Shown piece after piece: positions 1 through 13,818 of a DNA stretch of 64,000 nucleotides (position 1 is the first letter of the stretch; each line of letters opens with the position of its first letter). Both the position numbers and the translations under genes were made by a program. Under the pieces are notes generated by a model. The model saw only the letters and a program-made list of their open reading frames with translations. It ran no database searches and was not told the DNA's origin. The DNA comes from Tubiluchus corallicola. Lineage: Eukaryota > Animalia > Priapulida. Where the stretch lies: assembly GCA_030141605.1 (NCBI GenBank), contig JAQGDQ010000609.1, forward strand, positions 65,123 through 129,122. The letters are read 5' to 3'.

Positions 1-623
1 TTCAAAGCTACTCAGTGAATCTACTAAGATTGGCAGTGGCGCCTTTTTGGCACGTGCGCGTGGCCGACAAATAAAAGGCGGTACTGTGATAACCATGATC
101 ATAAACTGCAGTGCTAGTTTCTGACGTCATTTGACGTAGAGTCAATTTTCGTGACATCACGCGTTCAAACAGTACTGTAACACGCAAACGTGCTTGATGC
201 GCAAGGGAAGATGCCTGCCATTTCACAAACTGTGGTTAGTTTCTGACGTAAGCAATAACTGTGTTCGGTTGCCGTTAATTAACTTTCTAAACTAATTACT
301 CAAATAGTAGTAACAATTGCTAACTTTGGAGGCAAGAAAATGTATATTTTGGATAGTAAATTAAAAGAGATTGAGTCTAAACGTATTCTGATAGTGATTT
401 TCTATTAGCGAACTTACCACAATCACCTGTGCGTTACCGGCTTGATGAATTTTAGCTTAAAAGTTATACTTTTGTATTAGCTTTTGTTTAAGAACATAAA
501 ATTACTGCAAAAGAATAGAAAAACAGAACCAAGCTGACATGGTAATGTATGAGAAACAATACTGTTTCTATTGTTCATCTTTTTACAGTGTTATTGCGTA
601 GCAAAACCGTAAGTACAAATGCT

Positions 624-1592
<969 letters not shown>

Positions 1593-1929
1593 TGCATTTC
1601 CAATTCTCCTACTCCCTCCTCTCACCCTAAAGGTTTAATCCTTGACATAGTTTTCTTCCTACGTCATGCTAATAGTTTCAGACATTTTTCATACCTAACG
1701 ATAAAATTACTTGCTGTTGACATAAATATGATTTATAGACGCGCTAATCACCAAATAATAATTATAGATCGTAATAAATGAATCGTTAACACCGGGTACA
1801 ACCAGTAAAAAAACGCTCATAATATCAACGTACATAAAGTTTCTATTATTTTATAAAAAAATCAATTCACATTAGTGTATAACAAGATAGCAATTAATTA
1901 AATAACTCGTTAATGCAATGTAATGCAAT

Positions 1930-1995
1930 GATTTATTTATTTATTTATTGATTGATTGATTGAATGATTGGTTGGCTGGCTGGTTGGTTGGTTGG

Positions 1996-2068
<73 letters not shown>

Positions 2069-2226
2069 CGATCGATCGACCGACCGACCGACCAACCGAC
2101 CGATCGATCGATTGATTGATTCTTGTTGTTGTTGCTGTTGTTTTTGTTTTTGTTTGTTTTACTAACAGTGACTTGTCATTATCATCGTGATGCTGACGAT
2201 GATGATGATGATGATGATGATGATGA
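1930..2226. repeat. Compound microsatellite (ATTT/ATTG/GGTT/CGAC, then GAT)
   Basis: Visible tetra- and trinucleotide runs. Confidence 0.9.
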
Positions 2227-3009
2227 TAGTGTCTATACCGACACTGATGACAGCAATGACGACGATGCCTACAGTTTTACCTATTTAAAATAAATTCATA
2301 TGATGTATAGGACCTTATCAGTTGCTATGTTTACAAACTTTATATTAATTTACTGTCACCGTTCCCTATTTGCATGGCGATTTACCTAGCTTTAATACAA
2401 GGTCAGATGCAATACTGTACATGACGTTACGATGAGCTTGAGTAACTGACCATCGATTCAGAGTCGATCATTTTGAGGTCAATACTTTACGGTGAGGAAT
2501 CTATGGTGAGTTGTGGACAAAAAGATGGCCAAGCTGAATAAAGGCGGGTAATTTCGTAATTACACTTCCATTGTAGTCTGTATAATATATTGGGGTTATA
2601 GACCTACAGTTATATTGGGTTCATAACCGTGAATTTTGCATAGGAATTCAAGCACAGTAATAATGATGTCAACACAGATTACAGCTACAGTAGGAATTAT
2701 ACGGGTTAGGAAAAGAATGGAGCTTGAACTCGCATAGACATACATAGACATTAACTTTCTCCAAATGTGTCACAAATTTCCATTTTACGAAAAAAACTTT
2801 ATCCATGTAGATGGGGCGAGGAAAGACCGTAAATCATCTAGCGACTGACCCCTTATTATTTAATATTGTAATAGAAGAAAAAAGTACTGTACTCAGTACA
2901 GCACAAATGTAGAACATTTTATAGCAGACTACATAAAAGGAACCACCTGTAAAAACTTCAAAGCAGACAGCTTAGAAGTATTTAATTTGCAGAGAGCTTG
3001 AAGTATGTT

Positions 3010-3172
3010 AGACTGAAGTTAGTGTAGACTGTTGTAGACTGATTCACTCTGCTGGTTGAAACAAAGAATATGAAATTGTGTTGAACTGTGGAGACTGAAG
3101 TTAGTGTAGACTGTTGTAGACTGGTTCACTCTGCTGGTTGGAACAAAGAATATGAAATTGTGTTGAACTGTG
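3010..3172. repeat. 82-bp tandem duplication
   Basis: agactgaagttagtgtagactg...gaactgtg starts at 3010 and again at 3092, with few mismatches. Confidence 0.9.
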
Positions 3173-4157
3173 AAAGACTTTACTTCTATTTACATATTAC
3201 ACTATTATTTACAGGAAAGAAGACACATGGTGACCATACGACAGCAATGCTCAAGAAGGGAAAAAACCCTAGGCTGGCCTTGACAGGCACCCACCGAGCT
3301 TACCTGATTGGCTAGTAAACCACATTAGCAATCAACACTACCCTATATGGGAAGCCCAGCAGGTACAGGCGACTGAATAGCACTGAACAAAGCCACAACC
3401 TGGATTTAACTTGTTTCAGTCCAATAAAAATAATTTTAAATGTAGGTGGCAGCACATATTAAATTATTATTGCTGTCAATTAATAATGGAACGATTAATT
3501 TATATAGTCAAGATGCATGTTTAATCAGCAATAAACGAGTTTAGCGCACAGGCTAAATATTTAAATATTCATCATTTGCTTCTTTACCTACTTACACCAG
3601 ATAATTATAAATATTGTTTACATATATATATACGTATTTCTACTAACAGTTGTTAAACTTACTAAGCTGGGAGTGCCCGCGCATAAGTTGTTAAAACTTT
3701 TTGGAACAAACCGCGTAATAAAATTATGTTTAAATTAAATAAATAGTTATTATAAAATTATATTTAAGATAAATAAAGTTAGATTTTTTATAAACGTAAG
3801 GAAGTTGCAAAGTTGCACGATTGGGGTTGGTTTAGGACAGTTGTATAGCACAACCAATAACAAGAATGAAATATGAGCTGTGAAATAAAATGAAGTGAAC
3901 AAAGGATTTTTAACTTTATCATCCTGTATAATGATGTTCGTATTTTCAACTTTACTTGAGTAGATGAATAGACGAGAAAGTGTTGCATATGTAATGCTCT
4001 ATGTCTCTGTCTCTCTGTTTGATTTTATTTTGATTTAATATTTTATTTCAAACTTTACAAAGTTCATATACACATCACAAATTAATACAAATAATACAAT
4101 AAATCATGACACACATTTCTTTATTTAATATCTTATTTCTAACTTTACAAAGTTTCT

Positions 4158-4339
4158 GTCTCTCTCTCTCTCTCTCTCTCTCTCCCTCTTTCTTTCTCTT
4201 CTCTCTCCCTCTTTCTCTCTCTCCCTTTCTTTCTTTCTTTCTCTCTCTCTCTATCTTTCTTCTCTCTCTCTCTCTCTCTCTCTCGATCTGTCTCTCGGGT
4301 CTCTCTCTTCTCCCTGCTCTCTCTCTCTCTCTCTATCTA

Positions 4340-4407
<68 letters not shown>

Positions 4408-4478
4408 CCTACCTACCTACCTACCTACCTACCTACCTACCTACCTACCTATCTATCTCTATGCTCTCCCTCTCTCTA
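4158..4478. repeat. (CT)n/(CTGT)n/(CTAC)n microsatellite
   Basis: Visible. Confidence 0.95.
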
Positions 4479-5257
4479 CAGGAATGCAGGCATGTAGAGT
4501 GAGATAATTTGCTATCCATATTTGCATTAACACCCAATTTCAATATACTTCTATTTTTTCAGCAAGTGAACTGTGTTTGTGTTATTTTTACATTAAAACA
4601 GTTGGGAAATGGATTTAACTCGCATCAAATGGAATGCAAATATTTCATCTTATTAACTGTTTAATTGTTATTTCAGCCATGAAAGATCAAGAGTACAGAT
4701 AGAGCAGAGTTATAGGTGTGAGTAATCAGGGTAGTGGCTGAGATAACTCAGGATTTACGAGACTTAGATATTACGAAAAGATTACGCATAGTTGTGGCCA
4801 GATTTAAAACAGGTCGAGTCACATTCCGTTTCGCTTATACGCGGCTGAACGCCCCGCGGCGAAACGCAACGCGACCTCTTTGACACTAATACACGATGCG
4901 TCAAAATTCGTCTGCACGTATAAATGCTGACGCTTTAAAATTTTAAAGTCAAAATGGAGATAAAGCTACGTGCTCATGTCAGAGGCCAGGGACTTAATGC
5001 GAAATCAGCAGATCTTTTTATACTGTTCAAACAATTCATTTTTCTTTAACCAGTACATGTAAGCATTATAGAAATTACTATTATTACAGTGCAATAAAAA
5101 TGGAAATGCGCAGATGTATGGATAAAAAACGATGTTTTTAACATTCCAATGAACCCTATAATTATGTCTATCAGTAATAATATTACAGATGTACAAGGTT
5201 CATTGTAACGAGTCCAGGAGTTACAAATCGGTACATTTCGGTACAATGTCACGGAAA

Positions 5258-5585
5258 CAAAAGAAACTTTTGAAAAACTAAATTTTGAAACATTATGTTG
5301 TGTCACACGAAAAAACACTTGAAAAACTAAATTTGAAACACAATGTTGTGTCACAGGAAGAAACATTTGAAAAACTAAATTTTGAAACATAATGTTGTGT
5401 CACACGAAGAAACTTTTGAAATACTAAATTTTGAAACACAATGTTGTGTCACACGAAGAAACTTTTGAAAAACTAAATTTTGAAACATTATATTGTGTCA
5501 CACGAAGAAACTTTTGAAATACTAAATTTTGAAACATTATGTTGTGTCACACAAAGAAACATTTGAAAAACTAAATTTTGAAACA
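5258..5585. repeat. ~49-bp minisatellite, ~6.5 copies
   Basis: Unit aaaaactaaattttgaaacattatgttgtgtcacacgaagaaacttttg; gttgtgtcac recurs at 5297, 5345, 5394 and 5443. Confidence 0.93.
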
Positions 5586-5914
5586 TCGGTTATTTTCATC
5601 AATTATGTTCGATTGCGAAAGTGCAAAAAATTCGTAGGTCTTATCTTACCTAGTTGGAAGCATGATTCTTGTGCATCTGTGTTATTACATTTTTTTATTT
5701 TCACCTCAGAGGGGCGCAGTGTAATTCGGACAGGAATATACGTTCACACTGTAAGTGGACTCTGTCCGGAGCGGGCCGGACAAAGGTCCCCCGCTGGACA
5801 AAACGCACGATTACAAAACAAGTCAAGTGGGTAATACATCTAAAGTTTTTTCAATTTCCAGGTTTTTTTACTGACAGCTTAGCACACTGATATGGTATCG
5901 TTTACGACGAGTTA

Positions 5915-6282
5915 GTTTAAACATAATTTATTACAGGATTGGATCAGACTGTTTGAACAACATGATTAGGATCCTCACCACAACAGACTTTATACACTTT
6001 ATAGACAAAAACATTTACAGCAAGAATAGACTATAACTACATAAGCTGACAAGTTTTACTACAAGAATACATCAGATATTAGTAACGTTAACAGTAAGAA
6101 TAGACTATAACTACACAAGCTGACAAGTTTTGCTACAAGATTACATTAGACATTAGTAGAAAATGACGGTTAGAAAATATTAATGTACGAATATTTAAGA
6201 CTGATGCATTTCATATCAGATAGAAACTACTGGAAGCGTTTAGTACGTAATATAATGTCATGTATGCATTGGAATATTTTAC
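5915..6282 (-). mobile_element. 5'-truncated LINE 3' end (CR1-group-like), same family as 60335-60910
   Basis: Near-identical to ~60337-60630 (last ORF2 codons plus 3' UTR); carries an internal 74-bp duplication (6017/6091). Confidence 0.8.
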
Positions 6283-7514
6283 ATGAGTTTATATTATATA
6301 TATATATATATATATATTAATTCTTTATTTGTCATAAAAACGGTTCCCTCATTATAATAAAATTGAGTTAGCCTCAGCGTAATGTTAAAATAACAACACT
6401 CTTCAAGACAAATGCGTCCAGTGCATACTAAAAAAACTAAAGTGCAAACTATATACAATATAATGAACATATTTACAAATACCATATTAAAATATTTTCA
6501 CAGACAATTATAGGAAAGTACATTAAATTTTACATTACATAGTGCACACTATTTATACATTTAACATTACGAAACACGAAACTAACATAACACGTATTAC
6601 ATTACATAATTTTTTTAAAAAAATTTCATTTTTAATCATTATATGGAGTCAGGGGCTGGGGTATATGAAAGTGGAGTCCGTGTAATTAGTATCAGATGCA
6701 CAATGTGGAAGTTGAAACCTGTTATATTGATATTCTTTTAATTTCTTTTTAAAGTGGTGGAGAGATTCTATTTGTTTTATTTCACTGGGTAGGACGTTTC
6801 ATATTAGGACGAGTTGAAACACAGGCCTAGGTGCTTTACCCACTTTTCAAACGTACGCTGCTGCTAGGTAGTTCATTTTTCAGCAAACTTACAAAAACTA
6901 AAGAATATGTATACCGCACATCAGTAATTTTTGAAACAAACGTTTGTTACGTAGTGCTCAATCAGAGCTTATTGATGAGGACCAATGATTTCCCAGGATT
7001 TAGTTTTATATAAGTTCCTCCAGGTGGCTCAACATAATGTTCCGACGACATTTTTTAAGAACTTCTTGACGACTTCACATGGACACGAAAAGATGCTTTT
7101 AAAGAAATGTTCTGATATGAAGGCACATCATGTTCTCAAACCTTGCTTCAAAATAAATCATGAGCGTACATCATGTCCAAAAGAAATGCTTTTAAAAATA
7201 CTATCTCTAAGGCATTATTTTAATGAAATTGTTAATGTAGTGTCCGCAAGTAGGGTTTAAAAGGGAGGAGGCCTGTTGAAGGTGCATCATGTTTAAAACA
7301 TTGCTTAAACAAAATTTTCAACAAGGGTAAAGCATTTTCCAAAAACTCGCTTTAATTATCATCCGAGTTTATATTTTATTAATGTATTACTTAAAATTAA
7401 TTAGTTTTTATTATTATCAATTCAGTACAATATAATGACATTAAATACATAGTGACATCAAAATTGTCACGTCATACTGTATTAAATTATTATGTTTCAT
7501 AAACTATCGTTATC

Positions 7515-7940
7515 ATAAAAGAATAATTGTACTTCAGTGGGCTGGAGAAGCAAAGGCTTGTATAAGCCCACTGTCATGTGAACTAGATACAAAAAGAATG
7601 GATGAGTAAAGAGAAAAAAGAACTGAGAGAAAGGTTAGATCACACAGGAAGGGTAGAAGGATGTGTTAGTGGAAATTGCAGGAAGAAGGATAATAGATTG
7701 TGCTATGTTGACATCAGCTCTAAAGATTTATCAATGATGCCTTGTTTTGCATAATCTGTACCAGGATTGTAGCATGACTGCTGCAGTAGGTGTAGGATAT
7801 TAAGAAGTGTTGTACTTGTTGAGAATCATTGCTCTGTATTTCTTTTTAAATTTTTGAATAGGCTGAACAGTTTTTAATTCATCATTTATGTCATTCCAAA
7901 GCCTTGGACCAACATTTGCAATGAAGGAATTCATCACGAG
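7515..7940 (-). mobile_element. LINE (CR1/L2/Crack-like) ORF2 C-terminus and 3' UTR fragment
   Basis: Minus strand translates to ...IANVGPRLWNDINDELKTVQPIQKFKKKYRAMILNKY, resembling the GP.LWN...FK terminal motif of CR1-group ORF2. A hairpin-like gggcttatacaagcc lies near the 3' end. Confidence 0.65.
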
Positions 7941-8489
7941 CACGTATCAACGTGATGAAGTCTTGCCTTCAAACTGGAAAACCAGAAACGTGACGAAGCT
8001 CATCGTATGAATACTGGGCCCCAAAAACATGGCTGTAATAAATTTATTACCAGGGTACACCATGTCCTGACAACATGGCTGTAAAGAAATTTATGACCAG
8101 ACACCATCCAGACAACATCGTTGAAAATTCAATGGATCAAGTGTTTTAAGCGCAACTTAATAATGCTCTTTGTAATTTTTGCAATATTTGTACATGGGAG
8201 CTATAAAATACATTATATTTCATAAATATGTAAGCGTAAGAAAATTTAAAACTTTTGTTTGGTGTTTATTAGCAGCAGCATGTTTCAAATCAGCTACCCG
8301 ATTTGTACTGACTTAGAGATTTAGAATCGAGTGGAACTCGCTAAAAAAGTTCATTGATTTCAGGCAGAAATCGATAATACTTAAATACGAAAATAAAAAT
8401 AAAATAGCACTGTTAACGGTAATATATGAGGCCATTATATCTGTAGAATAATTAAAAAAGGACGAGCGACAAAAATATGTGTCGTGAAA

Positions 8490-8824
<335 letters not shown>

Positions 8825-9264
8825 TGAACAACGTTATAAAAGCTTTTTTCTCTAGACACCCAGACTGAAGTTATTTGCCTTATGTAATACATTTTTTTCG
8901 ATGGCAAAGCTCTATTCACCTTATAACATAATTGAGTGTGAAAAAACCTTTTAGGTATTTAGTTCTCTATTTCTCTAGTCCTTATTTTCTAGCAGACGCA
9001 GTGTGTAATTATTTAGACGTGATTTAGTTTAACAGTCTTGCTAACTGCCTTTTAAAATTGTGTACTCATTACGCTTAATAGTAACTTTCGTCTTCAACAA
9101 TAATGCATTTCTTTGTTCCCAGAGGTGCCCTAGAAAGGTGGCATTCCCTTCAGACAGGTAAAAACACTCAGCAGGTGAAAGTTAATTACACTAATTATGA
9201 ACCATTATCATGGCTTTATACAGTCATGTCAATTTGTCCAGGAAATTTTTATTCACTTCTTTGT

Positions 9265-9894
9265 CTTCCTCCCCTCCCGAATCTCTCTCCCTCTCACTCT
9301 TTCACTCACTCTCTATGCCCACTCTCTCCTTTTCGCTCTCTTTCTCTCTTTCTCTCGCTCCCTCTTTCTTTCTCTTTCTCTCTCTCCCTCTCTCTCCCCC
9401 CTCTCTCTTCCTCTCTCTCTCCACCCACTCTCTCTCCCTCTCCTTCTCTTTCTGTCTCTCTCTCTCTCTTTCTATCTCTCTCTCTCTCCCCTCTCTCTCT
9501 TTCTCTCTCTCTCTTTCTATCTCTCTCTCTCTCTCCCCTCTCTCTCTTTCTCTCTCTCTCTTTCTCTCTCTCTTTGCTCGTGAGATGAGTGTTGAGATTC
9601 ACGTGATATATTTTGATGTATTACGTAGAAAATCTGTGTTAAGTTTAATGAAAAGATTTGATACTAGTGATAATTTAATGTGCCAGAAAATTTTAGTAAG
9701 CGATGCCAAATTTACATCGCACATAAGACAGCAATGGTGGAGACTATTATTGTAATTTTCATGTTTATTTAAGTTTGTGTGTGATTTGTTTGTAGTTTTT
9801 TTGTTTTTATGATGTTGTATGTTGTATATATGTAAACTTATGTTTGAATATGAACTTATGTTTGAAATAAAGAATTAAATCAATCAAATCAATC

Positions 9895-9987
<93 letters not shown>

Positions 9988-9997
9988 TCTCTCTCTC
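9265..9997. repeat. Two (CT)n tracts (9265-9575 and 9899-9997)
   Basis: Visible. Confidence 0.93.
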
Positions 9998-10761
9998 AAA
10001 CCAAACATGTACAGACACTATACAGCCTGTCAACCAATACTATTAAATCAACCTGACTAATATCGTAACCTAGATATATCACGATATTAAAAATAAAAAT
10101 AACCATTTTTCGCCCCATTTTGCAATTATGTCTCTGTTTCTTTCTCAATTATTTCGTTTTGAATTTCACAAGTGAATTCATCACAAAAGCAATAAAGTGT
10201 TTGGAAAACCAATTACTACTGTTCATCCGTCTCTCAATGATAACCATTGCATTTTTCTTATCATTGTATTTAATCAGTTTGATTACTGGTACTTGTAACT
10301 TTGTGAAAGTATTTGAAAACTCCAGGGTCAAACTCAACCCGAGGCGCGAATGCAACTCTGATCGATTAGCTACTGATTTTGGAAACAACATTCCATTTTC
10401 TGCTCGCTGGAATGAAATTTATTACTGAAATCAAACTCAGTGGAATTTTCCTGCATAAAATCGTAACGTAGGAACTCAATTAGTGATAATAATTACCCTG
10501 CGCTAAGTTTTCGTTCATATGTTGGTCGTTACATCATGACCGAGAGAACAGCCTTGACTACCTGTCTGCCGTAAAATATCAATCCGTAACTGCAGGCGGT
10601 ATACTAGAGAATGCTGTCCCATTTCGTGGATACACCCCCTTTTTAGAATATATAATTTGAGCCGCATTTGCACACTTACTATTTATTCATTAAGCCTAAG
10701 TTCTGATGAAATTGACAAGAATTACTCTTGCAAGCAAAATGTAAGCACCGAACCGCCTCTT

Positions 10762-10825
<64 letters not shown>

Positions 10826-10942
10826 TTATGCACATACATTATACATTATATATATATACATTATACATTAGCAAAAAATAAAGTTTTATAGTGTTATTCA
10901 CTATAAAAGTATGCAAGGAACTAGATCACTGCCTGTCATCCG

Positions 10943-11635
10943 TGTTTCTTCCTGTTTCTTCCTGTTTCTTCATGTTTCTCATGTTCTTCCTGTTTCTTCA
11001 TGTTTCTTCATGTTTCTCATGTTCTTCCTGTTTCTTCATGTTTCTTCATTTTTCTTCATGTTCTTCATGTTTCTTCATCTTTCTTAATGTTCTTTGTGTT
11101 TCTTCATGTTTCTTCATATTTCTTCATGTTTCTTCGTGTTATTCATGTTTCTTCATGTTTCTTCGTGTTTCTTCATGTTCTTTATGTTTGTTCCTGTTTC
11201 TTCATGTTCTTCATGTTTCTTCATGTTTCTTCCTGTTCTTTTTGTTTCTTCATATTTCTTCATTTTCTTCATGTTTCTTCATGTTTCTTCCCGTTCTTTT
11301 TGTTTCTTCATATTTCTTCATTTTCTTCATGTTTCTTCCTGTTCTTTTTGTTTCTTCATATTTCTTCATTTTCTTCATGTTTCTTCATTTTTCTTCATGT
11401 TCTTCATGTTTCTTCGTGTTCTTCGTGTTCTTTATGTTTCTTCATGTTTCTGCCTGTTTGTTCCTGTTTCTTCATGTTCTTCATGTTTCTTCATGTTTCT
11501 TCCTGTTCTTTTTGTTTCTTCATATTTCTTCATTTTCTTCATGTTTCTTCATGTTTCTTCGTGTTTCTTCATGTTCTTCGTGTTTCTGCCTATTTCTGCC
11601 TGTTTGTTCCTGTTCTTCATGTTCTTCATGTTTCT
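10943..11635. repeat. 9-10 bp satellite (TTCTTCATGT)n with higher-order blocks
   Basis: Visible; the block gttctttttgtttcttcatatttcttcattttcttcatg recurs four times. Confidence 0.95.
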
Positions 11636-11749
11636 AAAATACAGTTTTTAGGTTCAGCAGCTGAATGCCCTTTTTAACTAAATGCAATTTCTTGAATAAA
11701 AAAGAGATTTTTTTCACTACGCTCCACCCGTTATACAGCACGCAAAGGA

Positions 11750-12258
11750 AGGAAGACAGGATGATTTTCATGTACAACCCCATTTCCAAGTCCAATAAAA
11801 AGTTTACATTGTAACACAATTAATACTCCAAAATCGCTTCTGATAATTAAATTATAGATTAAAATCTTAATTTTCAATAGCAAAAATGTTCTACGAGCGC
11901 GTTGCACGTGTTTGCGAAAGTGAAAGTGTGTTGTACTAAAACTAGGCAAGTTTTAAGATCAAAATTCAAATTTAAAATTTACCACTATACTCACAAATGA
12001 GCTGTCGAACAATTGTGTAGTTCGTCACAAACTAACACATCAGAACTGAGAGGTACAGCACCTGTTTTTTGTGCAATGCATTTCCGAAATGCAGGCGCTA
12101 GTGCCCGTCAACTAGCTAATGGCGAAATGCATGTTACAGCGAAGAACTAGTGGCGCGAACGCGAAATTGTGTTTGTGTGATAATAATTCTTTCGCGTAAG
12201 TCATTCTTGAAAAAATAGTGTGTTTCCTTTCAATATTTTAAAGAATAGATTGTGTTTA
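11750..12258 (-). mobile_element. Dispersed repeat 'R' (unclassified, non-coding), partial copy
   Basis: Colinear with ~62720-63250 and the reverse complement of ~59470-60040 and 51570-52065. Confidence 0.85.
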
Positions 12259-12467
12259 CCTACAGTTTAACATTGCGTCCAGTTTTGCTTTAAATTCTTT
12301 TGCAGGAGATATTTGCAGGTTTATTGTTTCCTAATGGAAAAACTATCATCTGCTGGCTCAAACCTATGACAATACTGAAACATCTTGTGAACCATAGATT
12401 CGAAACTGTAGCAAGAAACATCGCACTACAAAGAGGTTATTGAAGAAAATGTAGTGAAATTCACAAT

Positions 12468-12550
12468 TGACTATGACAGTAAATGACAGTTGACTATGAC
12501 AATAAATGACAGTTGACTATTACAGTAAATGACAGTTGACCATGACAGTA
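12468..12550. repeat. 23-bp minisatellite, ~3.5 copies
   Basis: Unit tgactatgacagtaaatgacagt. Confidence 0.85.
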
Positions 12551-13818
12551 CATAATTGATTTGATTTCAAGAACTGTACTGGGATCAGTAGAATAAGGCA
12601 GGCAACGGATGTAAAATTGGTCTTAAATAACAGAATCCTACATGTGGTTGCTCTGACTCATCTAATTAGTTAATTAATTAATTAATTTGTTAGTAGTTAT
12701 AACAGTCAGTCATCTCATAATCACCATCATCATCATCTTCATCATCGTCATCGTCGTCGTTGTCGTCATCATCGTTCATCGTCATCATCAGCTCTTCATT
12801 ATCAGCATCACTTTACAAATGTTAACAGTTGTAACATTTTTAACAATGTGTAGCTCGATGGTAATGTATTTCATTTACATGTATAATGTAAAATAATTAC
12901 GTCTTTTGTTAATGTGTTGAATACTAATGCCGTCCAATGCAGCTGCCAAGCTGTCATTTATGCGCCACGTGTCTTTTCTCGATTGTCTGACAGTCATTTT
13001 ATTTCATACTAGCAATTTTTTCACGCGCAGGGGGAATACAGACGACTAAACTCAACAGCGGTTGAAAATTCTTCACCATCATTTTTCGGTCAGTTATTTT
13101 CAATGCTGCGTGAATACGCGAGTACCAGCTCTGCTTGAACGATCTTACCCAAATTTGCTTTTTAGGGAGGTACCATTCCTTCTCCCTGCCTTGCACTTTT
13201 TACTCGAATTTCTTCAAATATGATCCGAAGTTAATAAATTAGGCGACTCGTTTCAACTGTCTTGCTAATCGCATTTTGTATGAACTATTAATCCATGTTA
13301 ATAACGGGTTTAATGCCAGGATCAGTGAGACCACGCCCCACCCCTAGTCCCAGCATGTGCAATAGCGCGTATACCTGTATGATTACTGAACACCGCCTGC
13401 GTCTGCTTTATTCTACCTGTTCAAGTCGCGCGGTTGAGACTGCTGTTCGTGTTTCGGAGCAGATGTTGAATATCGTGGTTACATCTGCTTCGACCTGGTT
13501 TACATTGCTGTATACTAATTGAATCAGCTTCATCAATTGTAATACTTTTATCTATCGACAGAGACAGCGTTCTAATACCTGTGCAAGGGATTTGGTGTTG
13601 TGTACATCACTCGCTTTCATCATCGTTTTCTTCAGTAAGACCGTTACCTGGTATTTATGACTCTATAACAAAGTTTAAATATTCCTGGGTGAAATATGTT
13701 TGCTTTGCAATGTTTAATGCGAAATCATATCTTGCCTAGAATCAATGTGTACGTGTGAGGAATTATTTGCTAACCTGCAGTGGGTCAATACAGAGCTGTA
13801 AATACTGTACGCGAGCCG

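Noticed and set aside
13325-13400. GC-box promoter for the PTB gene (ccacgccccaccc); CRE-like tgacgtca sites at ~122 and ~32314
   Set aside because: Short motifs are expected by chance and there is no transcript evidence.
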